Shown here in pieces: positions 29,008 to 42,869 of a stretch of DNA of 64,000 bases. The stretch comes from Eledone cirrhosa (Eukaryota). The notes below the pieces were generated by a model. That model saw only the letters and a list, made by a program, of their open reading frames with translations. It made no database searches and was not told the origin of the DNA. The stretch is taken from NCBI GenBank assembly GCA_964016885.1, contig OZ024745.1, positions 38,316,001-38,380,000 of the forward strand, written 5' to 3'. Numbering within the stretch: the stretch's first letter is position 1; each line of letters opens with the position of its first letter. Made by a program: the position numbers and the translations under genes.

Positions 29008-29532
29008 ACCGAGCATTCATTATAATTCTCGATTTGTTTGTAAACAAACATCCCGAATTAAGCTGTACAGTGTTTAGCAACCATCGCTGCCCTTTTGTTC
29101 AACACTGACAAAGGAATGACGTACTAGTTTCAAGCTTATTAGCTATCATCAGCACCGTATACCTTCTTGGCAGATGATTGAACTTCAGACGTTCAATCAT
29201 CTAGCAGGAAGGTATACAGTGCTGACGATAGCTAATAAGCTTGAAACTAGTACTTCGTTCCTTTGTAAGTGTTGAACAAAATGGCAACGATGGTTGCTAA
29301 ACACTGTACGGCTTAATTCGGGATGTGTGTTTACAAACAAACCGAGCATTATAATAAATGTTCTGTAAATCCATACGTACATATATATATATGTGTGTGC
29401 ATGTATGTATATATATATATATACATACTACTGTACGTCTGTATACATATATGTATGTACGTATACATATTATATATAAGTAACAGCCGTACTAAGAGTG
29501 AGAAATGAAATTTCGTTTCATTTTTTCCATTT
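29008..29532. mobile_element. Family D palindromic dimer (~175-bp arms) plus tail
   Basis: Arms ~29008-29182 and ~29192-29362 are inverted; flanked by (TA)n. Confidence 0.85.
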
Positions 29533-29598
29533 ATATATATATATACTATAAGTATAAAGGATCAAGGAAGCAGTGTTTCATCACAACATATTTATTAA

Positions 29599-29689
29599 CA
29601 TATTACATATGTTTCACTATTGATCCGCTCGAGCAAAGACCTATTATAGAACGAACCTGACTCTGTAATCAAAAAGATTGTCTGATATG
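29599..29689 (-). ncRNA. Degenerate hammerhead-like fold
   Basis: CATAT-CAGACAA-...-GAAA-CATATG-TA^-ATATG. Confidence 0.42.
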
Positions 29690-29827
29690 CTTGCTATCTA
29701 ATCTCGTCTCCGATTCTATATTCCTTTAACCTTATAGTAATATACTCTGCGCCAGCATCGAGTGCTCAACCGGCATACCGCCTACGGACGCAAATTTCTT
29801 GCAACCATGCAGCTATATACATGCATA

Positions 29828-29899
<72 letters not shown>

Positions 29900-29904
<5 letters not shown>

Positions 29905-31166
29905 GCGGACTGGCCAGGTTGCAAGTTTACCCAATGGTAATTGGGCCCTAGGGAACCCACAGTAGCATTGCAGGGGCCAATGCTTTGCTTTCAAAAAATA
30001 CCCAGAGTCTAAGAGAAAGAATAAATCTTTTTTAAAAATAAATAAAACAATTATGGGAAGCATTTGGTCAACCAATTCCCCGGGGAATTAATAGAAACCA
30101 AAATATATGATAGTGTAAATAGTTGGAATCAGTGGTTGTACATTCTACTAGATCTAAATCTTAGTGTATTCATTCATGCATGCAAACATACATTATAGAC
30201 ACGCACAAACAACCATGTATATATATATATAGAGAGAGAGAATTAGTATATCTACCAACATATGCGTACAGATGCACACTAATGCTAGCAAATACATAAG
30301 TTATGTCATAGTACCTAGGTGGTTCAATGCAGGAGGATGCAGAACAATTATATGAAAGACGTAAAATAAGAAAATTAAAAAAATAATTAAAAATTAACTT
30401 ACTTACTAAAATTTTCACTCCAACTAATTAGTTTCTGTAATGGGATAAAGATAGTTACGTAATATAACCATCGAGAATTCATTACGTCATCAGGGAGTCT
30501 ATTCTCAGCTAAGTCTCCAGGCAATGCGCGGAAACTAGGAACTCATATAAAAATAATAATAATTGCGTGGATGGAACAGCTAGCGCGGACTGGATTCCAT
30601 GCACTGAAAAAGTTCGCTGTCTCTGGTCAAATGCAATTTGACCAGAGGCAGCGAACTTTTTCAGTGCATCGAACTTTAGACCACGAACAACACCGTCAAG
30701 AATCCTCCAACTAGGCCACCGAGAGAGCTACAAAAGTATAATGAAAATTAATAATTATAAACCTACTTTCAAAATCAAAGTTATAAAGTTGTGATGTCAT
30801 TCATTTAGGGTCGACTTGTCAATCTTCTGGCTCTATGGTAACACACTTATTATTCCTATGTGTGTTTAATTATCTGTGGAATTAATTTAATCTGATTTTT
30901 TTGAGAAACAAATAATATATATTGAGTAAGTATGAAATACCAAATGTCAATATTGAGAGTCACGGGATTTCCCCAAATACATAATATTTTTTTATTGGAG
31001 AAGGTAATATTATTTTCCGCACACAATTCATTGCACTATTTTGTTTCCACTTTTCTATATTTTGAAAATGTTATTTATTCATTATAAAAATTAAATGATA
31101 GCATTCTATATGTAGGCGGGCCCCCTTCATCTCCTGGCAACCAACATTGTTTGACCCAATCCGCCA

Positions 31167-31169
<3 letters not shown>
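29900..31169. mobile_element. Non-autonomous TIR DNA transposon (hAT-like termini)
   Basis: Left end CAATGGCGGACTGG; right end reverse complement CAGTGGCGGATTGG; both abut (TA)n; no ORF. Confidence 0.68.
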
Positions 31170-31237
<68 letters not shown>

Positions 31238-31240
<3 letters not shown>

Positions 31241-31905
31241 CTAGCAGTGGTTTCCGGGGTTGCACGGGATAAGGTATTTTGGAACGCGGGCCGCCAACAG
31301 ACCTAATCGTTTAAAAACTGCATGCCTGTACAATATGTAAAGAAAATAAACCGAATACTCTGATGGCTGGATAATCTTTAAGATTTTCCTCGATGAAGCA
31401 GGAAAAATGCTGGTTTTCACCTAATGCGGACCCTAAGGGGTCAAGAAAATGAAATTTTTTTATGTGCATAATATGCCTTGAAAATTCTGGAAAATCGGCT
31501 AGAGCTAACTCGTCAAAAAGCTCTAAAAAGCTGAAAAAATGAAGTTTTTCACCTAATGCGAGCCCTAGGTCATAAAACAGTTTGGATTTTCTTTGCTCAC
31601 GGCATGCAGGAGAGATTGACTAATACATAGTAACAATTTCAAGGAAACCGGTCTGACATAACGCCTCAAAAAAACCATAAAAAGCTGAAAAAACGCGGTT
31701 TTCCCCTAACTGAATTTGTTTATGTGCCTAACACTTCATGAAACATAATACACATGTAATACACATGTAAAGTTCGAAAATAATCGGTTGGGTACTTCTC
31801 GAGTTTTAGGGATTCAAACTCACACACACACACACACGCACACACACACACACACATACATACACACACACACACACAGACATCCTCAGATATATATATA
31901 GAGAT
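31238..31905 (+). mobile_element. Non-autonomous Helitron/Helentron-like element
   Basis: Begins TACTAGC..CCGGGGTTGCACGGG, has internal subrepeats (ttttcacctaatgcg), and ends AATCGGTT..GAGTT..(CA)n..TATATATAGA, an architecture typical of such elements. Confidence 0.58.
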
Positions 31906-31979
31906 AAGAACAGATTAAAGTTGAAGCAAAGTATTGCTGCTGTCACCCTTCGGATTTTAGTCTTCACATTTATTATTAT

Positions 31980-32028
<49 letters not shown>

Positions 32029-32047
32029 CACACACACAGACACACAC

Positions 32048-32095
<48 letters not shown>

Positions 32096-32476
32096 TAGAT
32101 ATAAATATTGGTATTTGTATATGAAGGCCAACCTAAGTCAGGATATCATTTAAATACGTATATCATTTTTTTCAATTTACACGTAAAAGCCTATTTCCTG
32201 GCATGTTTACATGGCAACATATTAAATTACGTTTTTTTTATAAATACTTTCGTTTAATCTCAGTTACTCACTCTGTATATATAAAGATGTACCTTTGTCC
32301 TCCCCTTCGGCTGCTTAGCGCCCTTTCCTAATATATATCTTAATTAACTACCAACAAGACCGTTAATAATATACATCTTTGTATATCCGTTTCAGAATAC
32401 TACTAAGAGCGAATGAGTACGGTATATAATCTCATCAAATACGTGTTTCGTTTTTATTGTTTGAATGATATACATA

Positions 32477-32519
32477 CATTTTGATGAGAGCCCAGCTTGG
32501 TCCGAAATTCGATTAAATG
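32477..32519 (+). ncRNA. Degenerate minimal hammerhead motif
   Basis: CATT-TTGATGA-gagcc/ggtcc-GAAA-TTCGAT-TA^-AATG. Confidence 0.42.
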
Positions 32520-32663
32520 ATTCTCGAACTTTCTTTTAATTTACAACGAAATTTGTATACTCTGTCATGTTTAAATACCTACATATTTAAATGTTTATAT
32601 TTATATACACGCTGATGCTGTCTCTGGTATCCATTGTTCATATATAATAATAACACATTGATA

Positions 32664-32748
<85 letters not shown>

Positions 32749-34342
32749 GGATACAAATAAATTATATTTCTATGTATGTGTGAGCTAAGCTAAATTGTAT
32801 TCGACCTGAACAAATATACAATAATTGTCTGTGTGAAATTTGATTATGCTAGTATTCATATAGCACAATCTGAAAATGCTCTGTGTCACACTAACTTAAT
32901 TAACTCATTTAAACTTGTAAATTAATTAGTAATTGTCATTGCTTACTTGCTATGTATTTACATTGCGGTGTTCAACATTATATATAACATGACTTAATTG
33001 TGTAAATATATGGGATATTTTCACTCTATGCTCAATATGAATGTGTCCTTCCATGAATATTAACTAGCCAGTAAATGGGTTACTGGGGAATCATCTCGTT
33101 GGTATTTTGTTGAAATCTGCAAAAGTAGTTTCTTATCTACTAACGTAGCTATTTACGATATGAGAAAGAGGGCGTAATGTTACCCAGCAATTCTTTTGAC
33201 AGTTATTCTCAGAATAGGAGGCTAAACACATATGGTTGTTTTGTTAAATTCTTCGCTTCTCAATCAATCGCGCGCAGTTTCGAGCTAAGTCTGTGTCATA
33301 TTGATCACATTTCTTTACTATAGTCGTATGTCGATAAAGGCATTCTGTTTTCCAATATTCATTGGCAGACTCATGCTGATGATGTTCAATTATATTGTTC
33401 CAGGTAGAAACGATGAGAAAGACGGATGCAGGGAAATGATTTAGGGTCGGGAATTGACGTAATGTCGTTTGTGTCGGCATGGGGCCTGATCACCCTGCAA
33501 TTGATGAGGAACGTGAGATGAGGATTAGGATGCCTGATGGTGGGTGACATGATGTCGCCTAGATCCGAGTAGCAAATTCCATTGCAGTACCGGAAGATAC
33601 TGTAGAGGGATGAATAAGAATGTTTAACCAAGTGTCGAGAACTTGTCTCACAATGATATTATAATTATCAGAGCAGTGTTAAGGACATCTAGTCACTCAT
33701 TAAATCTACTATCCCCATATTGATCAGCAACTTTGACTTCAACATAGTATACATTTACGAAATTTCTTTTACAACAGATTGGGTGATCCGAGACGATTGA
33801 AAATCAATTCTCATCAAGTGCGATTGAACCCGAACATGCGTACAATGTTACGGAAATTCATAACTACAAAGATATACTTGCAACATCGAATATGTCCTAT
33901 TTAAGATGGCATGCGAATCTTTAGGAAATCTTTGCTGTTATTTCTAGCGGAAAGTGCAATAACCTAGAATACTCTTGGTCAGATTGATATAAAAATATTT
34001 ATTTTCTGTGGTGGCTTTTGTAAAAGATGACAATTGGGAAGATAAATATTGATTTATCATTCGAATAATATTGATTTATGTTAGGATTTATATTGATGTA
34101 TTTTAGGGGGTTATATTGTAATGATTTATCATATACTATCTATTGATTTTATGTTTTATTTTGACGCACATATTCATCATAATATTTCGGACTATATTAC
34201 AAAATATGAAATATATAAACAAAAGGGCAAGTTTCGTCTAACATAGACACTTATAAATAACATTTGGCAAGCGAAAACTGTGTAATCTCATCGTATATAT
34301 GGACCTCTCCCCCCTCTCTCTCTCTCTCTATATATATATATA

Positions 34343-34822
34343 TGCAAAAGTTCTATTTAAATTGTTGGGATACAACAAGCAAATATTTTTATAACTGATA
34401 TAAAGCACTCGACAAGTATTTGGAGTAGATATACGATATTAAAAAAAGGAAACTATATTTAGAAAACCATAATTATTTCATTATACATATTTCAAGGATA
34501 CCAAGTTAATTATGGTATGCCTTCATCAGACAAAATACAATATATACCAATTTTATAAATAAACATTGACGTACCCTTTCAAAAATGCAACCGTTACTTT
34601 TGGAAGACATCAGGATGTCTTCCAAAAGTAACGGAAGACATCCTGATGTCTTCCAAAAGTAACGGTTGCATTTTGAAAGGGTACGTCAATGTTTATTTAT
34701 AAAACTGGTATATATTGTATTTTGTCTGATGAAGGCATACCATAATTAACTTGGTATCCTTGAAATATGTATAATGAAATAATTATGGTTTTATAAATAT
34801 AGTTTCCATTTGTTAATATCGT
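34343..34822. mobile_element. Family C fold-back element with hammerhead motifs at 34474-34537 (-) and 34718-34781 (+)
   Basis: Arms ~34430-34620 and ~34632-34822; CTGATGA-AGGCATACCA/TGGTATCCT-GAAA-TATGTA-TA^-ATGAAATA. Confidence 0.88.
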
Positions 34823-34854
34823 ATATATATATATATATATATATACGTATATAC

Positions 34855-34885
<31 letters not shown>

Positions 34886-34895
34886 TATATCTATA

Positions 34896-34955
<60 letters not shown>

Positions 34956-34959
34956 TATT

Positions 34960-35107
<148 letters not shown>

Positions 35108-36499
35108 CATTGAAAAACGTCACTGTATTAGTGACTGATAATGGGGCGCATAAACCCCCTAAACAGACATAAGATGGGTATCAGCTTTTATCTGAGCTAA
35201 TGTCTATGATTTTCCGTTATAATGAGACTATATTATGTATTCACTATTAGGGCGATGCTTCTATCCCTATGTAATTCTAAAACTTAGCTACATATTTTCA
35301 TATATGGCCCTCCATTGGTCTCAATGATGAGCATTCCAGGTATTCGATGAACGGAACAGTCAGCTCATGAAATTAACATGCGACTGAACATTCCACAGCA
35401 ATTCAGCGTGACTGAACATTTTCAAAGCAATTCAGCGTGAGATAATTTGCTTCGTTATGGTTGTAATGAGTACAGATGCAGTGCACGGACAGGATTGTAA
35501 TCGGCCTCCGTTTACCCAATTTCACTCAGGGATTGCTTATATTTTATAAAGGGCACCCGTTTAGAAAGATCATGTATTGACCTCCGGAAATGAGGCACAA
35601 TACCTAGCAATAATCATTCTGAGGTAATATTTGTTGGCTCAAATTGTTGATGGCATTCAGCTTTTCCAACAATTCTTGTGGTATATGAGTTATTACGATA
35701 TCATCAAGGAAATCTAGGTGGCAGAGGAGTTCATCCTCTATGTTGTATGGTAAGATCACAATATTATAAGAGACCCCAACAGAACTATTAGAGCGACAGA
35801 GTGGACACCTATGCAGTGGAGAAAACCCCGAGTGTGGCCTGATGAAAAGCTCGGCCACACATGTCCCAGTTTGTCCAGGGACAGGAAGCGGTGGAGGTTA
35901 ACCAGAGTGGGGATCCTACAATACTAGTGAGAAGGTCATGGAATTTGTTTATATATGGCCAACACATATTTGTTTACGTATGTGTGCCTGTGTTTATGCC
36001 GTATACTATTGACTGAAAACAGTGTAAGAATACAATATATGACTGTCTTTTCTATAAAACTCTACCTGTCAACTCACTGTCATTTCCCAAATACTGAAGA
36101 ATGATATTTGTATCAAGCTAATGTGTCTTAACAAATCTAATCTACTTCACTCAGCTTTGTCTATATTGTCCAACATTTTCGATGAACTGATTTTATTAGA
36201 ATCATTTCCAGGTTTGTTATTTTTAGGTCTTAAACAAACCTTGGGGAGATTTTGTCTACAAATTGTTAATTCGATAATCGTCAGTTGATTAAAAATTTCC
36301 TACTCACTATATTACACAATATTACAAAAACAGAGAGTGCTAAAATCGGACACAAAGCTCGAATGTTTCCAACCAGGATGTTTTGGTTAAACCGGGTGAC
36401 CAGTTAAGACCAGTTAAGCACAGGAGACAGAAATAGCATAAATCATCTCACTCAGCATTCTAACAATTCTGCCAAAACCCCTCCCTAAAGTAGAGAGTC

Positions 36500-36975
36500 T
36501 ACGCACTCTATCGAGTAACGTTACACCGGATCCTTTCGGGGAAAACCCATTTCGTCTGCTTGGATTCGCGGTCGTGTTCTCCCGAATTCAGATCGGCAAA
36601 TAAAGTGTTGGGCAATCCATCCGACGACATCTTAATAAGAAGCCTTCCTCCACACCAACTATCAACAACACGCCTGCGTTTCTCCACTCTTAAGATTATT
36701 GCTAACAGGTACATCCTTGATCGTTCATCGAGGCCTTGTTCAAGTGTGATGGAAGGCAGAAAGCTGAATTAAGTGCAAGAATTGCAGGAGCGGGTGCAGT
36801 AATGCGCCAGCATTATAATTAGGTAATCAAAATGAAGGTATGCATGAAAGCCAAACTCGCTATCTTCGATTCAGTATTCGTGCCAACCCCTAACTATGGT
36901 CATGAGTCTTGGGTAATGACCGAAAGAATACGATTAGGAATACAAGCGGTCGAAACAGGGTAACTCCAAAGGGTT
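36500..36975. mobile_element. RTE-like LINE fragments
   Basis: Plus strand ~36850-36960 reads AKLAIFDSVFVP..YGHESWVMTERIR. Minus strand ~36550-36640 reads KMSSDGLPNTLFADLNSG. Confidence 0.6.
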
Positions 36976-37326
36976 TAAAATAGAGAAACAGAAAAAGAAA
37001 AAGAAAGAAAGAAGGGAAAAAAGAAAATAGAAGAAAAATAAGACCGTCAAATATCTATTTAAAAATGACTACCGATAAATAAAGTAATCGCAGTAAAATA
37101 TTTTACCTCAGGTATTCTCATATGAGTTAGTAACGGTAATTAAAACATCACTTTCATGATAATGTGTTTCTATTTTACGGATAAACATTTATCCATTTAT
37201 AAATAAATCCTTTACTGAACACGCACACCTTTCTTTCATTCATTCTTCTACTATCCGGCTCTGAATCCACGAGAATGAGAAACCAGAGCTTTATCCCCAC
37301 AGCGATTTCTGCACTTATCAGATAGA

Positions 37327-37517
37327 AATAATTGTTTCTACTTTTGGAACAAGGCCGGCAATTATCCCAGTGTATTACTGGTACATTATTTTATCGACCC
37401 CGTAAGGATGAAAGGCAAAGTTAACCTTCGCGGGATTTGAACTCTGACCATAAAAGGGCCGTAACTCTTTGCTGCAAAGCATGGCGTCAGACCCTCTACT
37501 GATACTGCCAATACACC
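37327..37517 (-). mobile_element. tRNA-derived SINE
   Basis: Reverse complement of the SINE family. Confidence 0.88.
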
Positions 37518-37584
37518 GACTATCAGATATCTATCAGATAGAAATAATGGAGGCCAGCCCTGCTTATCTATATCTATATATGTC

Positions 37585-37615
<31 letters not shown>

Positions 37616-37621
37616 CTATCT

Positions 37622-38614
37622 GGCACACCAAGTGTGCCCAGGCGCTCACGGCTCTCTGGCAGGCGGACCCGGCTGTCAGTGGAGAATCCACCTCGTCATT
37701 CTATAAAAGGGCTGGTGGTTAGTAGGTGCGACGACGCCCTCGGAGAAGCCCTAGCCATGGAGGAAGACGAACTGGCCAACCTGTTCGGTAGAACATTCAT
37801 CACGGGACCCATGGATAACTTCCAGAGGTCCCTGGACTGGCAGTGCTACCGAGGGGCTCTGCCCATTCGAGAAAGGCTCTACAGACACGGGCGCCCGGGT
37901 AGGGACCCCTCGAAAAAGATCTGTCCCAGATGCGTGTGCGACGAGGAAACCGTTGCACACGCATTGGTACACTGCTCGGGCATTGCCGATCTGTGGGGCT
38001 ATGTCGAACAACTGCTGTCAAGGGTGGGACCGATCCGGTTGACCACCGAGTCTATTGTAACGATCAAGCCGCCTCCCCTCTTCAAAAACGAAGAAAACGC
38101 GGTGTTTCTGTGCGTAATAGCCATGGCGAAAGAGATTGTATGGTGGACGCGTCTGAAAGGACTGAGGTCAGACACCTTTCTCTCTGGCCAACAACTGGTA
38201 CGTTTCTTCCGATATCATTTCGGAAGAAGGATCAGGATGGAGAGAGAGGTGCTGCACCCCAGTCATTTTTATGAAAGATGGGAGAAAGTGGCGAGAATGG
38301 CCCGTTTGAATGGGCCTTCACTCTACATCAGACTATAGGTGAGGAAGATGAAAGATCAAGGGAGCACCTCCTCTCTGTTCTCCTGAGGAGAAGGGTTGCA
38401 CACTTTTTTTTTTGGGGGGGGGGGGCGACGCCCCAAGGCGCCTCCTCCCTATTGAGGATTTTTTATTAAATTTATTTTTGTTATATTTTATATATTATTT
38501 TCTATATTTTGTTATTGCCTCCTCCTTATTGAGGACGCCTTTTTATGTAAACTCCCCCGTTGTACTTTTCCCACTCTTTGATGCCCTGGTGGCAAATAAG
38601 CAAATAAAAAGAAA
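37622..38614 (+). mobile_element. Tx1/L1-clade LINE 3' fragment (zf-RVT region and 3' UTR)
   Basis: WQCYRGALPIRERL..CPRC..EETVAHALVHC; homologous to ~45730-46350; AATAAA/A-rich end; flanked by (TATC)n. Confidence 0.85.
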
Positions 38615-38655
38615 GTTATCTATCTATCTATATATAATATATATATATATATATA

Positions 38656-38738
<83 letters not shown>

Positions 38739-38828
38739 ATATATATATACATATATATCCCGAGCTGAAGATCCGCTAAGTTGAAACAATTGTTTCTCGG
38801 TATGGTGAACTAACTGTTGTATAACCAC

Positions 38829-38871
<43 letters not shown>

Positions 38872-39432
38872 CATAGGGAGAAAAAGACGATTATTACGAA
38901 GAAAAATATATTTTTTCCCCTTTTAATTTATTCTCTTATTTTCTGGGATGGAAAATGTTTAAAACAAAACATTTTACTTGGTGTGAAGTTAATTTATTTA
39001 TTAATTAACAATGGCATTTATTTATTTATTTATATATTTAATAATTGTCTATTACCGGTTTCATCATTTTATGCATTATCATTGGGGGGAAATTGTATTG
39101 GTGTAAAACGTTAGTGATGTTGAACATGTTAAGGAAATGGTGATGAAAGAATAATAATGTTATTTACAAACAAGGTTTTTGAAGTGAAAAGAAAAAAGAA
39201 AAGAAAGAGGGGTAATGTGGAACATGAGAAGGTAATGGGAAAGATAAAAATAATATTATTTACAGTTCCTGAAGATAAGCAGTTCAAAATGTGTTATTAT
39301 GGCAAGAGTGTTTAGTTGATCCATGATGGAGGCAAATGGTAGTCTGTGGTTTGATATGATTTCCTAATAATTGTCTTTTTCTCCCTATTTTCATATATAT
39401 ATTCCAACTCGTGTGCTCCTTCTCCACATTTT

Positions 39433-39509
<77 letters not shown>

Positions 39510-42500
39510 ATTGAATAATTTACCACATAAATGAAGCGTTTGTTTTTTGTATAAGGATATATTAAATAAAAAAAGTAGTTTTTTATGAACAAACTAATTA
39601 AGAACTTTGTTCATAAAAGTTGAGTCTTTGTTATTTTGGTAGCTTCACGAAACGTTGAAAGTAAAGTGTCACAACTAATAAGAAAACATTTATTTATTCT
39701 ATATAATCTATAATATATAGTATATTCATCATTCATTGCATGTTTAATGTGATATGGCACAGACTCAAAAACAGTATATATGTTTTGCTGCATAGAATTC
39801 ATTAATTGATGAAAGATGCCGGAAAATTTTAACTATGGATGAATTCGTCAATTTCAAAACATTCGGACACGACCATCACGCATCCTTATGAAGTATGTAC
39901 TATTGTATTAATTGAATGCGTTCTTACTTAAATGCGGCTTTGTTTAATTTGAACGAGATTTGACTACTAGCAGAGCCTGTGACTCCGAAGATGTTTCTTC
40001 GCCAGCATATACTTGGCCCATGGCGTTAATACGATATGAAAGTAATCAATCTCCACATCTCCCATGTTAATTCCTGTAATAACACTATAACACCTCTTTA
40101 GCTTTACAACCAACTAGAAATGCTAATGAGAAAGGCTTTACATTTCACATGGTCGTCTAGAAATAGTCGCCACATTTCGCTCAAATAATAATGTGCAGCC
40201 CCACCAAAAGTGGAACAAATAATGTATTATGGAGTCCTATATACACTTAGGAAAAGGATGTCTTAGTTCAAAATGTTGTAAAAGTGGATTCATGCATGTT
40301 TTAATGGTCAAGAAATTCGCTACGCAATCATGGAAAACAAGGTTCAATCTCACTTGTGCATCAAATAATAGAGATTATATGATTATATATAAATTGCGAC
40401 AAATATATTCACTTGTTTGAAATGCACAAGCAATAAATTTACCGAGTAATGTTAACGATTTCTTTAATTACTATTTTTCTAATAAAACATACTGTTTAAG
40501 GTTTTCAAATCTTTTTCAAAATAAATTGAGTAATAAAAATATCTTTCTCATCAATGGTGATGTTTGGTGAAGTCCGTCACAAAAATGGTCTTAAATAAAA
40601 TTAGTATGGTAATTTATTTGATAAGTGAAAAGAAACGCTTTTGTATCTTAGAACCAAAAGCGATTTTAGGCTGTTTGGTAACAAAATGGTTAAAGATGTG
40701 TAAATAAACACTGGAAAGGCATTTCGCTCGTCAACATATGCAATCCATCTCAATTAAAGTGATCGATTGATAGTGATATTAATTGATGTCAATTCGTCTC
40801 ATATATCAGTGTATAGATAGACACATACACAAGAACAACTCACATGCAGCTATTACTTTCCTGTTCACCTATAAACAAATTTACGCAAATATATATATCA
40901 ATGAATATTCACGTTCATAATAATCAGCACAATGTTCACATGTGTACAAACCCCTTATTTAGAGTTTAAATCAAAGATACAGCAACGGGTTATCAATCAA
41001 AACAGTTTATATACGTGTGTGCATGTGCATGTGTGTGTGTGTGTGTGTCTGTTCTTCTGGTTTTATAATTTCACAAATGTTTACCAACAGAGAGAGAGAG
41101 TCGCTTTCTAAAATAGACACAAGACTCTCTCATTGGAATTTACACAACATCAACTAGGTAGTTTATGTATGCATGCATGTGCAGATATGGATGTTATTGT
41201 ATGTGTATGTTTTGAGTTGTATGTGTGCATGTGTATATACTTTGTATCTATACATGTGTATATTTAGTTATTAGATGCAACATATTTGGAATGTTTTACA
41301 TATTTTTACTGTTCCAATATATTGCAAACTTGACTGTCACCACAGAATATGAAGCTGAAGATTGCGAAAGCATGAACGTACTTGTTCAATTAACACTTAA
41401 CATTTAATATTCTACCATACTATTTCATTAAACTATCACTATAATTTTAAAGGATCGTAAATAAAACGAGTAAATCAGACAAAGTTCGAATTCCTTTTAT
41501 TAATATATATATGTGTGTATGTGCGTGCGCGCGCGCGTGCGTGTGTGTGTGTGTGTGTGTGTGTGTTTGTTTTGGTGAGGTGCGCCGTAACTAGTATTTC
41601 GACAAAAATAGATCGATAATATAAGTACCAGACAAGAATATATAATTTCTAGAGTGATATGTTCAACTAAATCCATTCATGGTCATGCGTGATAATTGCT
41701 ATTGTCCAATACCTAAAATGATTTAAAGAAACGAATAAATTTAATGTAATCCTATTGACATATCATCTCTCCAGCGCTATCATATCCTGAGACGTAGGAA
41801 TCATTTGTTTCACACTTCCGATAAGGTATCATTTCTTAATTCCTTTTAGAAGCTTTCCTTTTTAGCTTACATACTATTACGATCTTGTTGATATTTGCGA
41901 TAAGAAAATTATTCAAAATTTTATCTAAGAATGTATTAAGATGAGTTTATAATATCTAATATTTTCTAGCATTCCTAATTCATATTTGAAATACGCATAG
42001 AACAGGAAAACACTTATGCATTTATTTTTTTGGAATATTCTAGATAATTCTATATCGAATTCGAAATGATGATATTATTTAAATGAAGCACAGTTGGATT
42101 AGCGGTTATATATTTGTGTTACGTTTCTTCTTAATCTTCATATGTATACTTTTATATTAAAATGCTTCATTTTGTTAAGAATGAAATAGTATCCTTTTTT
42201 GTTTCGCTCTTATCAAAATAAAATAATAATCTCCTAAGACAAAGCTGCTGATTATATCATTTTATTTATTTACCGGTTTTCCTCATTAGAATGAAGTCAT
42301 GACATGGCATCACGTTAAAGATATTTAGTAGCTTACATCACCTTCAGCAGTAAATGCTCCAGCCCTAGACGTTAATATACTGAACTCAATAATAAGGTGG
42401 TGTGTTCGATTCCTGAATTTAAGGGTATATAAACACAGACACACTTACAGCTAAAGAACCCCCATCTTCCAATAGTGAAGACGAGGGAAAAGCAAAGTAC

Positions 42501-42869
42501 CCCTAAAAGCTAAAAAGAAAACACAGAGAAAAAAACTCCACAAAGCACAAAAGCCCCCACGATAAAAGATGCAGACACCACCCACACAAACATCCCCCCA
42601 GCAACACCAACATGAACACCACCAAAACCATCACCACCACCAGAATCCCCCAAGCGCAAACAACCTCAACAGACGCAAAAGCAAATAATATTCACATACG
42701 CCCATCTGAAACCGCAGACACGCGCTCACAACAAACACAGACAACCGCAAAAATACCGACAAAGCCATCACCACCACAGTCACGCAAACAAATAAAACCG
42801 CACCAACAAAACATACTAAACTTCGTGCTTGTCAAAAGGGCCAACAAGGAATTGATGGCCCTCATAGCA

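Noticed and set aside
33240-33700. GC-richer segment with short ORFs, a possible exon
   Set aside because: No recognisable domain or convincing splice context; left unassigned.
37469-38338. 289-aa ORF as a host gene
   Set aside because: It is a chance fusion of antisense SINE, (TATC)n and a Tx1 ORF2 tail.
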